Assembly (NCBI GenBank): GCA_032718475.1
Contig: JAUCBJ010001680.1
Location: forward strand, 1 to 42,891
Direction: 5' to 3'
DNA length: 42,891 nucleotides
Origin: Nemertoderma westbladi
Taxonomy: Eukaryota; Animalia; Xenacoelomorpha
The position numbers and the translations under genes were made by a program. Below, one piece after another: positions 21,118 through 33,429 of the stretch (position 1 is its first letter; each line of letters opens with the position of its first letter). The notes beneath the pieces were generated by a model, which did no database searches, had not been told where the DNA came from, and saw only the letters and a list, made by a program, of their open reading frames with translations.

Positions 21118-22523
21118 CCACGAAGCTAAGGAAAATTAAACAAACGGCCACACTTTGGTTCGTTGCTTAGCCTCGTTTAGTAGCAATTGTCAATAATTAA
21201 CTTCTATTCCCATGGAAACTATAGTTCTCTGGAACTGTTGCTTTAACCTTTGAAAACAAATTCAGTACAGATTGTGGTTCAGATAACACATATACTGAGT
21301 TTCAGAAAATATTGTAGTTTATGTCCAAATTACTGATTTTCTATCAAAATGCATCTGTTTGCAGTGGTTGTCATGGAAACTGAAAAATAGAACAATGTAA
21401 TTCGGATGCAGAATAAGTCATATAGTGGGGGTAGGGGTTAATCCCAAGTCATAATACTATTAACTTGTGCTTCAAATTATCATTTTATAAATTTTAACAT
21501 CTGTTTAGACTTGTTGCTATGGTAACTGTATTATCTAATTAACCTCAAACGGCTTGGATATGGATCTTATAGATGAGTTGCAAAACCCCAAGTTTATATA
21601 TATTACAGTTTTGCTACAAATAGAGTTATCAATATAGATTTGAATGATATAGAGTTTAATAAACTACAGTTACCATGGTAACTAAATTTCTGGAATAATT
21701 TAAGTTTCACTAAAAGTTCCAACTAGTGGTCCAGATAACACATACCCAGTTTTGTAAAATTTTATCGTGAAGTCTATGTCCAAATGAATAAGTTTTGAAT
21801 AAAAACATCTGTTTTCAGCGGTTGTCATGGTAACTGAAAAATAGAACAATGTAATTCGGATGCAGAATAAGTTATATAGTGGGGGTAAGGGTTGGTCCCA
21901 AGTCATAACACCTTACCCTTAGGCCTCAAATTAACATTTTATAAATTTTAACATCTGTTTATCCCGGTTGCCAAGGTAACTGGATTTTCTATTTAGCCTC
22001 AATCGGATCTGCTATGGACCTTATAGTTGTGTTGCGAAACCCCAAGTTTGTATCTATTATAGTTTTCCTATAAATAGAGTTATAAATATTGACTTGAAAT
22101 ACATAGACTTTTTTCTAAGTCCGTTGCCATGGAAACCAGATTTTTCCTGGATATGAGACCCGGCCCAAAAGATGCGCCTCGCCGAGTAGTATATACATGC
22201 AAAATTTCAGGGTACTTTTAAAGGCTAGATTTGCCGGGGGTCAAAAAAAACCAAACACACACTCGGCTGATGATAACCGGAAGTTTGAAACCTAGGTACC
22301 GAGTTCGAGCCCCAATAGGGGCGGTTGATATTTTTCACTATGGAGAGCATTATCATAATGTACTATAACATTTATTTAATTCGCCGTCACCCACCCCACA
22401 ACAATTCATTTATAAAAAAACCAAATCTGCCCCATACAAGTAAAATAGCCCACTATGAATAGACCATCTCAGCTAAGGAAAATCTTTCTTAGCGAAAGTA
22501 GTTGATTTTCCTTAGCTTCGTGG
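21118..22523. mobile_element. Inverted-repeat-bounded element with an internal ~152-bp satellite array (454-bp higher-order repeat)
   Basis: CCACGAAGCTAAGGAAAAT at 21118 and ATTTTCCTTAGCTTCGTGG ending 22523; 21320-21690 is similar to 21775-22140; GTTRYYATGGWAAC-like motif in each unit. Confidence 0.75.
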
Positions 22524-23424
22524 AATATGCTCAAAACTGTGTTTATCACCTTGATAGGACAGCATGGCGACTCACTCATATATTTGCCCTATGTTGCTTC
22601 CCATTAATGCCATGAAATTCTGCTCACCTTAATGTACATTTATTTGTTCCCATGTTTAGCTGTCTCTGTCTGATTCTGACTTTGTTCAATTCCCGCTTAG
22701 TGGTCCAGCTATTTGTGCCTCATTCACTGATTCCCCATCACTGCCTCAAACTGAATTTCGCCTAAAACCAGTGAAACTGTAATGTTCTGAGAAACTATCC
22801 GAGACAGGGGGGGGGGGGTGGAGATATACTAAATATGTTAGTTCTAGAGAGAACTAACATATTTTCTTCTAGAACATTCGCGAAGATCGCGACGCTAGAA
22901 AAGCTCCACCTATAGTATTAGTAGTAAAGCTATAGATTCAGACTACAGATGAATGGGGGGATGCTTCTGATCTCCACGATTTTTATCGTACTGGTCCGCG
23001 TTACGTGTTGGCTAAACCATCCGAACCGCGGGGTAACCCTACATTTCACCCAATATTCTTTCCATATAACTTTTCCTATTAGCCTTTTCCTGGTGAAACT
23101 ACCGATTTTCCCTAACAATTACACCATGACCCGTAATATAGTGTCATTTTATGATGACACGGACCCCCCCCCCCCCAAACTTTTTTTACTAGTCTTTATC
23201 ATATTGCTTGAACAACTAGTTCCACTCACCGTCGATGTCCACATGAAGCCGGCATTTTCGATTTTGCCTGTAAATTTTTTTAATATGCGTTTTAAAAAAG
23301 TGTCTTTTGCGAAATTGCACATCTCCTATCGTCGCCATACTTCACATTAATTAATCTCATTGATAATCATTAGTGAATTTTTCATACCATTAGAAAGCTT
23401 GCTTTGCAAGGATTCCAAATGCAA

Positions 23425-24617
23425 TGTTCGCGCTTTTAGACCTTTAGCAGTTTAACTTGCCAATTTTAGTTGTCTTTTTTGTATATCAATTATTTAATGT
23501 ACTGAAGTTACATCAGCCGAAGCCAGTCTGTGCGCGACCATTCAACCACAGTTAAGGGAGACTGGATTCGGATGCTTTGATAGTGATTGCAGTGTAGACC
23601 TACTGTATTATTCGATTGATCGTTAATATATAATCTCTGACAATATATTTACTTTCGGGGAAATATTAACAGTTCCTTTAGGACGTGGCGCTTTAAGTAT
23701 AAAACAGAGTTATGACTTATACTAATCACAACTGGATGGCTACTGAGTTTCGTAAGAAGCGCATTCTGTAGGAGATGCTTTATTAACCTTCACACTACTT
23801 CACACGACTTCACACTACTGCGCACTGATCTGCCGACCGTCACTGAATTTGATCATATATAAGGAGGATCGCAACTGACACATGTAGGGATTATGAAATA
23901 GCATTCAATTCACACAAAACCCACTATAATGTAAGTCGCAGTTGCTACCGGTAAACCTGTTCCTCTAACCTTTAGTAATCAAAGAGATTGGGGGTTTTAT
24001 GATTATTCATCGGTATTCTCCAAATATATCAGCAATATATACCAACATAACACCAATTAATAACAGAATCAAATAATGCGGTGAACAGTCAGTATGTGTT
24101 ACTTATGCAGTGTTCCATGTGCAGCAATGCATGAATTGCGGTGTGATGCGGTAGTTGAATCGCGTTGCATAGTGCCGCGTTAATAGTTTTACGTTCTTGT
24201 AATCAAAGCCATCTGATGTTTCTGATGTTTAGGTCAAAGTCTGAAACTTCCAACACAGAAGTACAGAAGAATTTCCAAGCAGTTGTTCTCGCTCAGAAAG
24301 GTAAACAAAGACCGTAATGCATTGTGCGGTTTTCCCTAGGCCTCTGTTCAAGATAAAATGAAAATCGCTCTGATTGGCTGAGTTGAGCGAGCTGAACAAA
24401 GAGAGGCTCCATGTGTACAGTAAACCAGCTGACAGATTTCGTCATCTGAGTTACATTCTTTAGAGTATTAAGCGCATTGCGGAGAAAATGGCTTGTTATG
24501 TCCGCTAAAACACCTTCATGGTACATTGCGGAGAAAATGGCTTGTTATGTCCGCTAAAACACCTACATAGTATATTGCAGAGAAAAATGACCTGTTATAT
24601 CCGCAAAAGCTTTTACA
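23425..24617 (-). repeat. 3' LTR (~1.19 kb) of the BEL/Pao element
   Basis: Minus strand begins TGT right after purine-rich GGGAGCGG (PPT-like) and ends GCGAACA; 23425-24121 matches 41155-41851 with about 8 substitutions; three ~50-bp tandem units at 24476-24605. Confidence 0.75.
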
Positions 24618-24709
24618 CCGCTCCCAGAAAATGGGATTTAATTTTACAAAATATAAAAATCACAGTTTCTAAAATATAAAAATACTCTAAACAGTTAGTC
24701 CTTCTTATG

Positions 24710-26248
24710 CTAACGGCGTTTACGCAGTTTTTTCAGGCTAGCAAGAGTCCTTTTCTCTTTGGGGCGAGCCACTTTACTAGGAGGGCTATAACTCCTGGGT
24801 GAAGGGTGCAATACAATTGCATCGGAAGGTTTAGGATGACGGTCGGTGTATCCGCCGGTTGAGGTACTCGGTTGATCGGTATCAACCTCAGTGGAACGAG
24901 GTCGAACAACCTTCAGAGCGCGTTTCAAGACAGCAGCTCTTCTTGGTCCCTGACGATTCGTCTGCACAAGAGCGGTAGGTGGACCGTGTGTAGTGAGAAA
25001 TTTCCTCGGTTTGATGGTTCTTTCCGACTCGCGTTCTCGGGCTCTGTCGAAATCGATATGCTTCTCCTCGAGCTGATTTTCCTCCGCTTGTCGTTGGAAG
25101 CATTCATCTAAAACTCGTTTAGAGAGTAGGGTCGTCCAAGTTCGATATCTTCTTAGAGATTCTGGATTTCCCGATCGAACTGAGATAAAGCTAATTCGTT
25201 TACCGCTTGGACTTGCTGCTGCAATTTACGTTTCTCTAAACAATCGTAGGTTCCTTTCTCGATCTTTTATCGGATAGTGTCTAACGCGTTGCGTACAACT
25301 CTCTCCTCCACCTCGGTGACAGGTTGTATCGGGGTTAAACCGGGACGATTATACGGGTTGAACGGCGATATTAAATGTCCGCGTCCCAATCCGGCTAGGT
25401 AGGATGGGCGAATATCTAGGGAGCCCACAACCGGAGTGCCACCGACTAATTGTTTGGGTAACACTAGATCTTTGAACAATGAGTACAGCTCAGGAGGATC
25501 CGTCATACTATTAGGATCAAGAGTCTGAGGTTTCACCAGGGAATGAGGAGGTCTGACCGAGTATTCCGGAACTCTGATCATAGGTTTATTTAAGGATCGT
25601 TTGAGTCGAGCGAGCGTAGGTGATACGTCGAACAAGTTTCGCTCGAAACTCCCGTAAATATAGCGAGTAAAACTATGTTTAGCGCAACGTCTCCGCGGAT
25701 GTTTATGTCTTTCCATGTGTTGGTTGGGTCTAGGGCATTCATCGTAATAATACCAAAGACGCACATCTTGTAGGGGAAACACGGGTGATCTTTCTCCAGT
25801 TTTACAATGTCTCTCTCAAGAATTCCAAATATACGTTGAAGTCACTGCGTTTATCCGGTTCTTTAACGTCTTCTCTTTCGAGTTGGTTTCGAATAGAATT
25901 TTCGTGTTCGATTCTCAGTTTATCATTCCGACTCCGGTGGGTATGATATTTAAATAGGATCATTTCCCTTTCGGTGTCTACATCGTCCATATCGTGTAAA
26001 TCGATAGGATGGCCAGTAGTAAAGAAGTCTATATACGTACCATTAAGATGCGTATAGCGAGCGGTGAATTTTCTATAGTCCAATTCATGCGTGAGCTGTT
26101 CCTTTGACATTGGAGGTTCGATATAACGGCCATCGTCCTCCGTAGTGGGTGGACTAGCGTCGCCGCGTATTAAACTATCAACAAACGCTTGCAATGGTAG
26201 GGTATATCGCTCCCTGATACCAAGATCATCTTCTATCAACTCAGTCAT
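24710..26248 (-). pseudogene. Degenerate additional ORF (~500 aa) between pol remnant and 3' LTR; unknown function
   Basis: ORFs 25802..26248, 25267..25782 and a nearly open frame 25270->24710 can be chained with two frameshifts and one stop; GC-richer than flanks; ends in basic KRTLASLKKLRKRR. Confidence 0.55.
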
Positions 26249-26713
26249 AGCTGCTATATGAGCTTATCGATATTATAATTAATTATAATTTAGGCTAGCG
26301 GTCGTTGCTGCCTCCCCCTCAATGCCCCCGGACAGCGCAAGCTCCTCAGCGCTGATGTACTGTCGCCGCTGTGTCTATCGCCAACATAGTAGCTACACAA
26401 CGACAACAACAACCAGCGCGAGTCACTCCACTGTCCGTCCCAAGGGCTTAGATTTACTTCAGGTTCTTACTGCAGAGGTAGGGCTACTTTCACAACTGCG
26501 ACTCGCTACTGTAAACACACTTTAGTAGTAACATTCACCTATAAACGCACAAATTCCACACAACAGTCACAAATTGTACACATTCGGGCCATTTGTCCGT
26601 TAGTCAAATGCCTTCCAGAATGCCACGTTATTATTATGTATCCCTGGATACTAGCAGTGCGCTATTTATTCCGTATGTTATTCAATGGGGCAAGCTTTCT
26701 ATTGTTCTTTTAA

Positions 26714-27852
26714 GCGGGGGGTAGCACATTTTCTGACCAAAAAGACGAATTTTTGAAACATATCCTATCTGATGCAGAATTTCATGCTGAATCCAAATAT
26801 GGAAACCGTTTTCCCATATCTTGCTTAGTTTTCGAGATATCATGGATAGAAGATACTGGCTCCGATATATCGCGATATCAGTAAAGGCGATGAAGTTTGG
26901 GTTTGCATTCAATTTCTGCAAATTTCTGTGCTCATTTGCGCCAATTGGATGTCTCCACGAGAAAGAGCACAAAATTTTAGTTGAGAAGGTATTTTTTTAT
27001 GATTATTGGACCTACTGAACAGTTTATCAGACAACTTCAAGTCTCTGGAATGAAGATGGGACTCGAATAAACGACTCGCGGTCTTCGCGGGATTACACGG
27101 AATAGACTTATCAGTCATCGGAGATCTTCAAAATGTATAATCTCCAGTTCTAGTAGTCGTACGAAGTTCGTTTTAGGCTCATTCAAAAGCTCTTTTCTTA
27201 GAGAACAAAGTTACCATTTGATTTAAGATAAAATGGTTGTGAAGCAACATAACATGAATTTGGGTAAAATATGCCTCGCAAATTTTGTTCAAGTTATGAT
27301 TTCTCAGGCAGCCTTCAAGAGTTCGCCAAACCAAATGGTAACTTTGGTCTCTGAGAAAAGAGCTTTCGACTGAGCCTAAAACGAACTTCGTACGACCACT
27401 AGAACTGGAGATTATACATTTTGAAGATCTCTGATGACTGATAAGTCTATTCCGTGTAATCCCGCAAAGACCGCGAGTCGCTTATTCGAGTCCCATCTTC
27501 ATTCCGGAGACTTGAAGTTGTCTGATAAACTGAAAAGTAGGTCCAATAATCATAAAAAAATACCTTCTCAACTAGAATTTTGTGCTCTTTCTCGTGGAGA
27601 CATCCAATTGGCACCAATGCGCACAGAAATTTGCAGAAAAATTGAATGCAAACCCAAACTTCATCGCCTTTAACGATATCGCGATATATCGGAGCCAGTA
27701 TCTTCTATCCATGATATCTCTAAGCAAGATATGGGAAAACGGTTTCCATATTTGGATTCAGCATGAAATTCTGCATCAGATAGGATATGTTTCAAAAATT
27801 CGACTTTTTGGTCAGAAAATGCGCTACCCCCCCCCCCCCCCCCCCCCCCCCC
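26714..27852. mobile_element. Long-TIR non-autonomous DNA transposon, Kolobok-like
   Basis: TTAA at 26710-26713 and 27853-27856; G-run/C-run termini; ~510-bp inverted arms around a ~100-bp spacer (mirror ORFs MTDKSIPCNPAK on both strands). Confidence 0.8.
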
Positions 27853-28215
27853 TTAACTCGCTTCTAATTCTAGCGTGGTTGTTGCTATGGTGACATTATG
27901 GAAAGCTAGCAGTAGAATTAGGGTAATTCTCATGCATACAGATCTGGGATGCTATTTAATAGTAATTCTTTAATTGTCAATATTCCCCTTTATACATGAT
28001 TTTATGAATTTTATCGGCTATTGACTATATATTGGAGATTCTCGCACACTAATATACTTAATAGGGTGAATCTCCGCTCCCATGATCTATTAATTAATGG
28101 AATTTTGGGAATGTTATAAATTGTATAAAATGACAATTTATCAAATTCATGAGAGGATATGAATTTAAATTTATTCCCGTAAATTTTATTATTTAATATT
28201 AAAATAGACACAATT

Positions 28216-28600
28216 TTATTCCAGAACATGTCTGGGGACTAGGATCCTTAATTCTAGGAAATTTGTCTTTTTAAGAGTATCGGTAAGTGCTACGATATCT
28301 TAATCGACTAGAATTTTAAAGGATCTGAATTTTAACAGATTTTGATTTATAGATTTTCTTGGTTTACAAACTCCTTAGAGTTTATTTGTCTGCATTTACT
28401 CTATTATAACATTTGTTTTAATAGATTTTTATAAATATTAACTATTTAATATTTAAGATGGGCACCGATTTATTCCAGAACATGTCTGGGGACGTTAACC
28501 ACTGATTCTAGAATTTTGTCTTTCAAGTATATCGGTGGGTGCCGCGATATCTTAATCGACTAGAATTACAGATGGTCAAAGGGTTTAACAGATTTATTTT
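28216..28600. repeat. Diverged direct repeat (~130 bp, ~253-bp period) in the BEL 3' region
   Basis: TTATTCCAGAACATGTCTGGGGAC..CGATATCTTAATCGACTAGAATT at about 28217 and 28470. Confidence 0.75.
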
Positions 28601-29121
28601 GCGTTTTACGCTACTGTTAAAGGGACATCACGCTACTATATGTATTATTTAATATACGGTATGAGAGCAATATTGCAAGAAGCAATGTCAGTGAGAAGAG
28701 GCAAGTCGTTTCCAAGGTCTACCCAGAGCTTGGTTTAGCCGAGACACGAGGATCTGAACTTTGCATTCCTAATACTCTACTTACCAATAATACTTGAGTA
28801 TAGTAGGAGCTTTATTGTACTTTAATAAGTACGGACATTTCATCTTACTGTAGTCACGCATTTATAATATGATACGGACAGTAAGGAAAGAGAAAAAGAA
28901 TTATTTCTCGCCGTTGCACTAAATATATATAATATAAGTAATTAAGTAATAAACGCGAATATATATTGCACTAATCTACTAAATAATCGCTAAAATAACA
29001 TTCTACTAAATAAAATTAAAGAAAACGATTATAATAAAATTACATAATAATACATACATAAATATAAAAATAATAAAAACAAATATAAAATAATATAGTC
29101 ACACACCCACTCCAGACGCTG

Positions 29122-31970
29122 TTACGTTGGGGAGTCCCTAGATGTTTGTTGGATTAGGGAGGTGGTCGTGGGAAGAGTATCTTGCCTTCCATAGTTTCCG
29201 GACAGTTCTCTGTCTCTTTCCAGTAAACATAAACGACCAACTGGGCGATTGAGTTGTTGTGTTTCGAATACAATTCCAGGTTTCTTCTTCGTCCTGGAAT
29301 AGTGACGATAGAAACATCGCTTCAAATACACGACGGCCTTACAAAGCCGATTCCAGGAGCTATAGTGATTTATCGCTCTCTGCAGGAGAGGTGAGAATCC
29401 CTGCGAGACGTCTGGTGTTCCAGATTTCCAGTCTTTTTCTCTGATTTCCACAACAGATTTATTTGTGGCGGGGGAGTTTAGATCCACAGCGTCGTCCCTG
29501 GAAATGTGTAGTACAGACAGATCTATCACGGGTTTGAATAACTTTGATTTACTCGTCCGGGTTTTAGGTTTGACTTTCTCCGCTCCCTTGGCTTGTCTAA
29601 TCTCAGCCGTGGTAAGATGGGGAGGCCATTCATCTTCTTCTTTACTTAGGAAGTCGGGTCCACCTAACCAGTCCGGAGTATCTATCAGTTCTTGAGGGGT
29701 TGCTCCTCTGGAAGCGATGTCGGCTGGATTAATCGTCCCAGGGCAATGTCTCCATTGATCTACATTAGAGTTAATATCGTCATTATCTGAGGAGTATGGT
29801 GTTCCCTCAGTTGTGGTCTCTCCCTCACTGATTTCTTCTTCCCATTCACTCACCTGATGGACTTGGTCGTTAGGTAGCCTTTCCATGAGTGTCCTACGGG
29901 AAGGTCCAGTGAAGTACCAACCTACTCTTGTTCTTCCCGCATATGTTTGTAATGGTTGCGGTCGAGCAGGCCGTTTCTCTAATGTCTCTAGCGCCTCATG
30001 CGCATTTTGGCCGATGAGTATCTGCACCCCTGGGTAGTCGGTGTTGAATCTAGGGATATTATGCTGCTGGGTAAAATCGTCTTCATCCCAGTTGTAAGGT
30101 TCCACTTGGCTGGTAGCAAAGTTCTTTATCGCCACCATTTTTACTGACCTTATGCTGTGTTCTCCTAGTTCGTCCTGGGGAGTGGACAACGCTCCTACAT
30201 AGTAGTCTGTAGCTACTGTAGATTTCCAAACCTGCATAATTCCTGAAAGGTTCAACTTAGTTCGGAACTTGGGTTGTCCAGCAAAGATGTCTTCGGCTAG
30301 TTCTTTGTCGATGAATGTTCCTGTGCTGCCGGAGTCCAGGAGGGCGTTGACTATAAAACTCTTACCTGATCCATGGACTCTCAGCTGAACTACGGGGAAT
30401 TCCCGGATTCCGACGTTGGAAGTTGGCGCTTTCCAAGATGGTTGTCGGTCAGGAATAGCCGGGTGCGCTTCGTTATCGGTTTCAGTCTCATACGTAAGCG
30501 CTCGATACACCGCGGTGTTTGTCATATAACAGGATTCGTTTTCGTCGGAGAATTCGTCGGTGTAGAATCCTTCCATCTCAGAGCTGTGGTCAGTGTCGTT
30601 CACATCACTGAATTGGACATGTAGTTCGGGCTCACTTACCTGACTCGTGCGGGTTCTTTCAAATTCTGTGTGCAGCAAGATATGATGTTTCGCGCCGCAC
30701 TTAGCACACCTAGCATCTGAGTAACAGGTCCGCCGTTGGTGTCCTCGTCTGAGACAATTATAACACAACCGCTTATCCCACATGACATCACGTCTATCCT
30801 TAAGGGATTTCTTCAGGAATTCATCACACCCACTCAAGCGATGTGGCCCGTCGCACAATACACATTTGGGCTTGATGTTACTTACTTTAACCTGTGCTGT
30901 GTGGTGCACACTTGTTCTTTCCTCGGGCTTTCTTCCATGAATTCTCTTAGGAGACGTAGGAGGAGTTTTTGTTACCTGTTCTCTCCTGTCACTGGTTCGA
31001 GACTTAAATTTACTTACGTCTTTCCGGTTTTGTTGACATAGTAAGATCTTTCGGTGTCTTTCCCGCTGTTCTCCTCGTGGGAGGTTTGGCTTTCGCCGTC
31101 GTCTGTATAACACACTGGTGTTACCTTTCTCCTAGAAACGGGTTTTTCACTTACCTCACTTTCAGGAGTCTTCTCTCTAGACTGTTTTAGGAGTTGTAAT
31201 CTTACCTCTCGGTTTAAGAATGACAGAAGGTCCGTCATGGTTGGATCTCTATGTTGTTGGTCCATCAAATAGAGAACCTTTTTGTCCCAGCGAGTACCTA
31301 CTCCACCCTTTGGCAAAGCTGATGCTAAGGCTCCTACAACCATAGAATTCTGGTATTCATGAGACTTACCTAACCAATCTAATTGTCTACAGATCTCCTG
31401 AATCTCATCGGAAAACTCTATAATCCCGCTGCTAAGAAACTTTCGGGGCGCTACTAATTTCGCATACAAATACCTAGCTATGTTAGTCCTATTACCATAC
31501 CTGATGTTTAGTGTATCCCAAACTTGTCTTAATCCATCTGGATGTCCAATAAACTTTAACGCCATTAACTTGGGAGGTCCTTCCAAGCACTCGATGAGGA
31601 ATCTAAGTTTCTCTCCGTTAGATAGTACAGAGTTCTGTATGTTATCTTTATAATATTCATTAAAAGGTAACCATTTCATCTCATCTCCGTTGAACTTGAC
31701 GATCTCTCCCACCTTTACCGCTTGACGGGCTTCGGTTCTAGCCATTTGACGCGTAAAACTTTCTTGGGCCATCGTATTATTTAATATCGAGTTATCGGTA
31801 TATAAATTTCTCGGATTATGATCAGGTCTATATGGAATATCATTATCAACAGGTTTATAATTACCCTTAATAGGGTTTACTATAGGAGTTTCTACTTCAC
31901 TAGCAGTATAGATGCGTGTAGGCTCCACACCTTGCGCATGAAATACTTCAGACCTAACAGGTTGACACAT
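29122..31970 (-). pseudogene. BEL/Pao gag core, Zn knuckles and aspartic protease fused to RNase H and integrase remnants (frameshift near 31014-31113)
   Basis: KFNGDEMKWLPF..EKLRFLIECLEGPP..L..RYGN (gag); CVLCDGPHRLSGC, CYNCLRRGHQRRTC, CAKCGAKHHILLH; ALLDSGSTGTFI; ILIG; WRHCPGTINPADIASRG; WLGGPDFL; YSSWNRL; RPVGRLCLL. Confidence 0.9.
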
Positions 31971-32019
31971 TGTTACAGGGGGTGGTGATATACCCCTTTG
32001 TATATTTACTAATTATTGA

Positions 32020-33215
32020 ACTATTACTAATCATTTTTAACTGAAAATTGGCGGGAGCATTTGAATCAGAATAAATACATTGCTGCAGCATTTTTGGATC
32101 TGAGCAAAGCATTTAACTCAATAAATCATAATATTTTAAATGCCAGACTACAATATTTAGGCTTCCACCCCACCGCACTAAACCTGATTAAAAATTACCT
32201 CTCAAGCAGGAAGCAGCGTGTAAAAATAGATAATACCTTTTCGGACTGGCTAACGGAAACAAAAGGCGTACCCCAAGGGACAGTATTAGGTCCGCTACTT
32301 TTTACCCTATATACAAATAATATTCCGGAACTAATGAAAAATGAGCAAATAATACAATACGCCGATGATACAGTAATTTATGTAATAGACTCAGACCCAG
32401 AACATGCAGCAAAATTGTTGGAGTCCCGTGTTATTCAGATTCAAAAAATATTTAATGATGCACAATTAAAACTGAATCCAGATAAAACTGAATTTCTCCT
32501 ATTGTCACCTAAACAAATTGGCCCCCAACTTAGGGATGAAATCTCCACAATAAAACTAAATGTTGGTGGCAGTGAATCTATACCTCAGTCAAAATCAGTA
32601 AAATATCTTGGAGTAATCATTGACAGTGAACTAAATTGGGACGATTATATTAAAAAAATAATTCAGAAAATGACACTTAGTATTTCTTGTTTACGTTCTA
32701 TAAAAGGCCAATTGCCAAATAAAACGAAATTGCAATTATACAAAACACTTACGATGCCATATCACAACTATTGCTGTCAGCTACTTGTGTCACTCCACGA
32801 CAAATATGGATCCAAGGAGTTGTTGTACAAAATTGAGAAAGTGCAAAATTATGCATTGCGCACTATTTTTGGTAAGAAAATCAGAGATAACAGCGGCACT
32901 GAGTTAAGACAAAAAGGAGAAATTCCGTTACTACCAGCAATCAGGGAGTATTTCACCCTTGTTTATTTTTATAAGTATATACACGGATTGACTGAGGCAT
33001 TTAAAATTCTAAATCTGCCATTTCTTCCAAGACAAAATGTGAAAATGAACACCAGGACGGGTAATATCATTATTCCAAAAACAAATAACAGGTTTGGCCA
33101 CGATAGCGTAATAGTGAAATCAATAAAATTATGGAATACTTTAGACATAGAAGTTGTAAAATTACCAAATCTTTTAACTTTTAAGCGGAAATTAAAAAAT
33201 TATATTCTTGAATAA
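32020..33215 (+). mobile_element. 5'-truncated CR1/L2-group LINE, RT domain (ORF 32061..33215), inserted antisense in gag
   Basis: FLDLSKAF, RKQRV, GVPQGTVLGPLLF, QYADDT, LKLNPDKTE, KYLGV, LWN.L, FKRKLK. Confidence 0.9.
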
Positions 33216-33410
33216 ATACAGCCGAGAGGCAGTAACTTAGCTCTAGGCTTTTGATTGCCCACCAGATGAGGGGGGGGGGGGGGGGGGGGGGGTGGTGGTG
33301 TAGCGGGAGCTGCATCACTTGGGGGGGGGGGGGGGGGGGGGTCTAACTGTGCTTCTAATACATTAGATATTACTAATTCATTTATGTGTATGTATTGTAG
33401 TTTAGTATAC
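33216..33410 (-). other. Probable Pro-rich gag remnant between two LINE insertions, with poly-G tracts
   Basis: Minus strand SNVLEAQLDPPPP..SDAAPATPPPP; composition fits the Pro-rich gag that resumes near 32000 (GISPPPVTMCQP). Confidence 0.4.
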
Positions 33411-33429
33411 ATAGGTACTTACTGTACGT

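Noticed and set aside
21206-22136. Regularly spaced palindromic motif as a CRISPR-like array
   Set aside because: The sequences between motifs are themselves homologous (454-bp period), spacing is ~150 bp, there are no cas genes and the context is eukaryotic
24245-24254. CTTCCAACA as the outer end of the 3' LTR
   Set aside because: No polypurine tract adjoins it; 24617 has a PPT-like GGGAGCGG next to TGT and is preferred, though it cannot be confirmed because the other LTR is truncated
26682-27893. Mirror-image ORFs on both strands as duplicated genes
   Set aside because: They arise from the long inverted arms of the MITE; no transposase motifs
33269-33342. Long poly-G tracts (also 22806, 23163, 27826) as functional G-quadruplex elements
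   Set aside because: Homopolymer lengths are unreliable and probably expanded from Pro codons or TIR G-runs; no independent support
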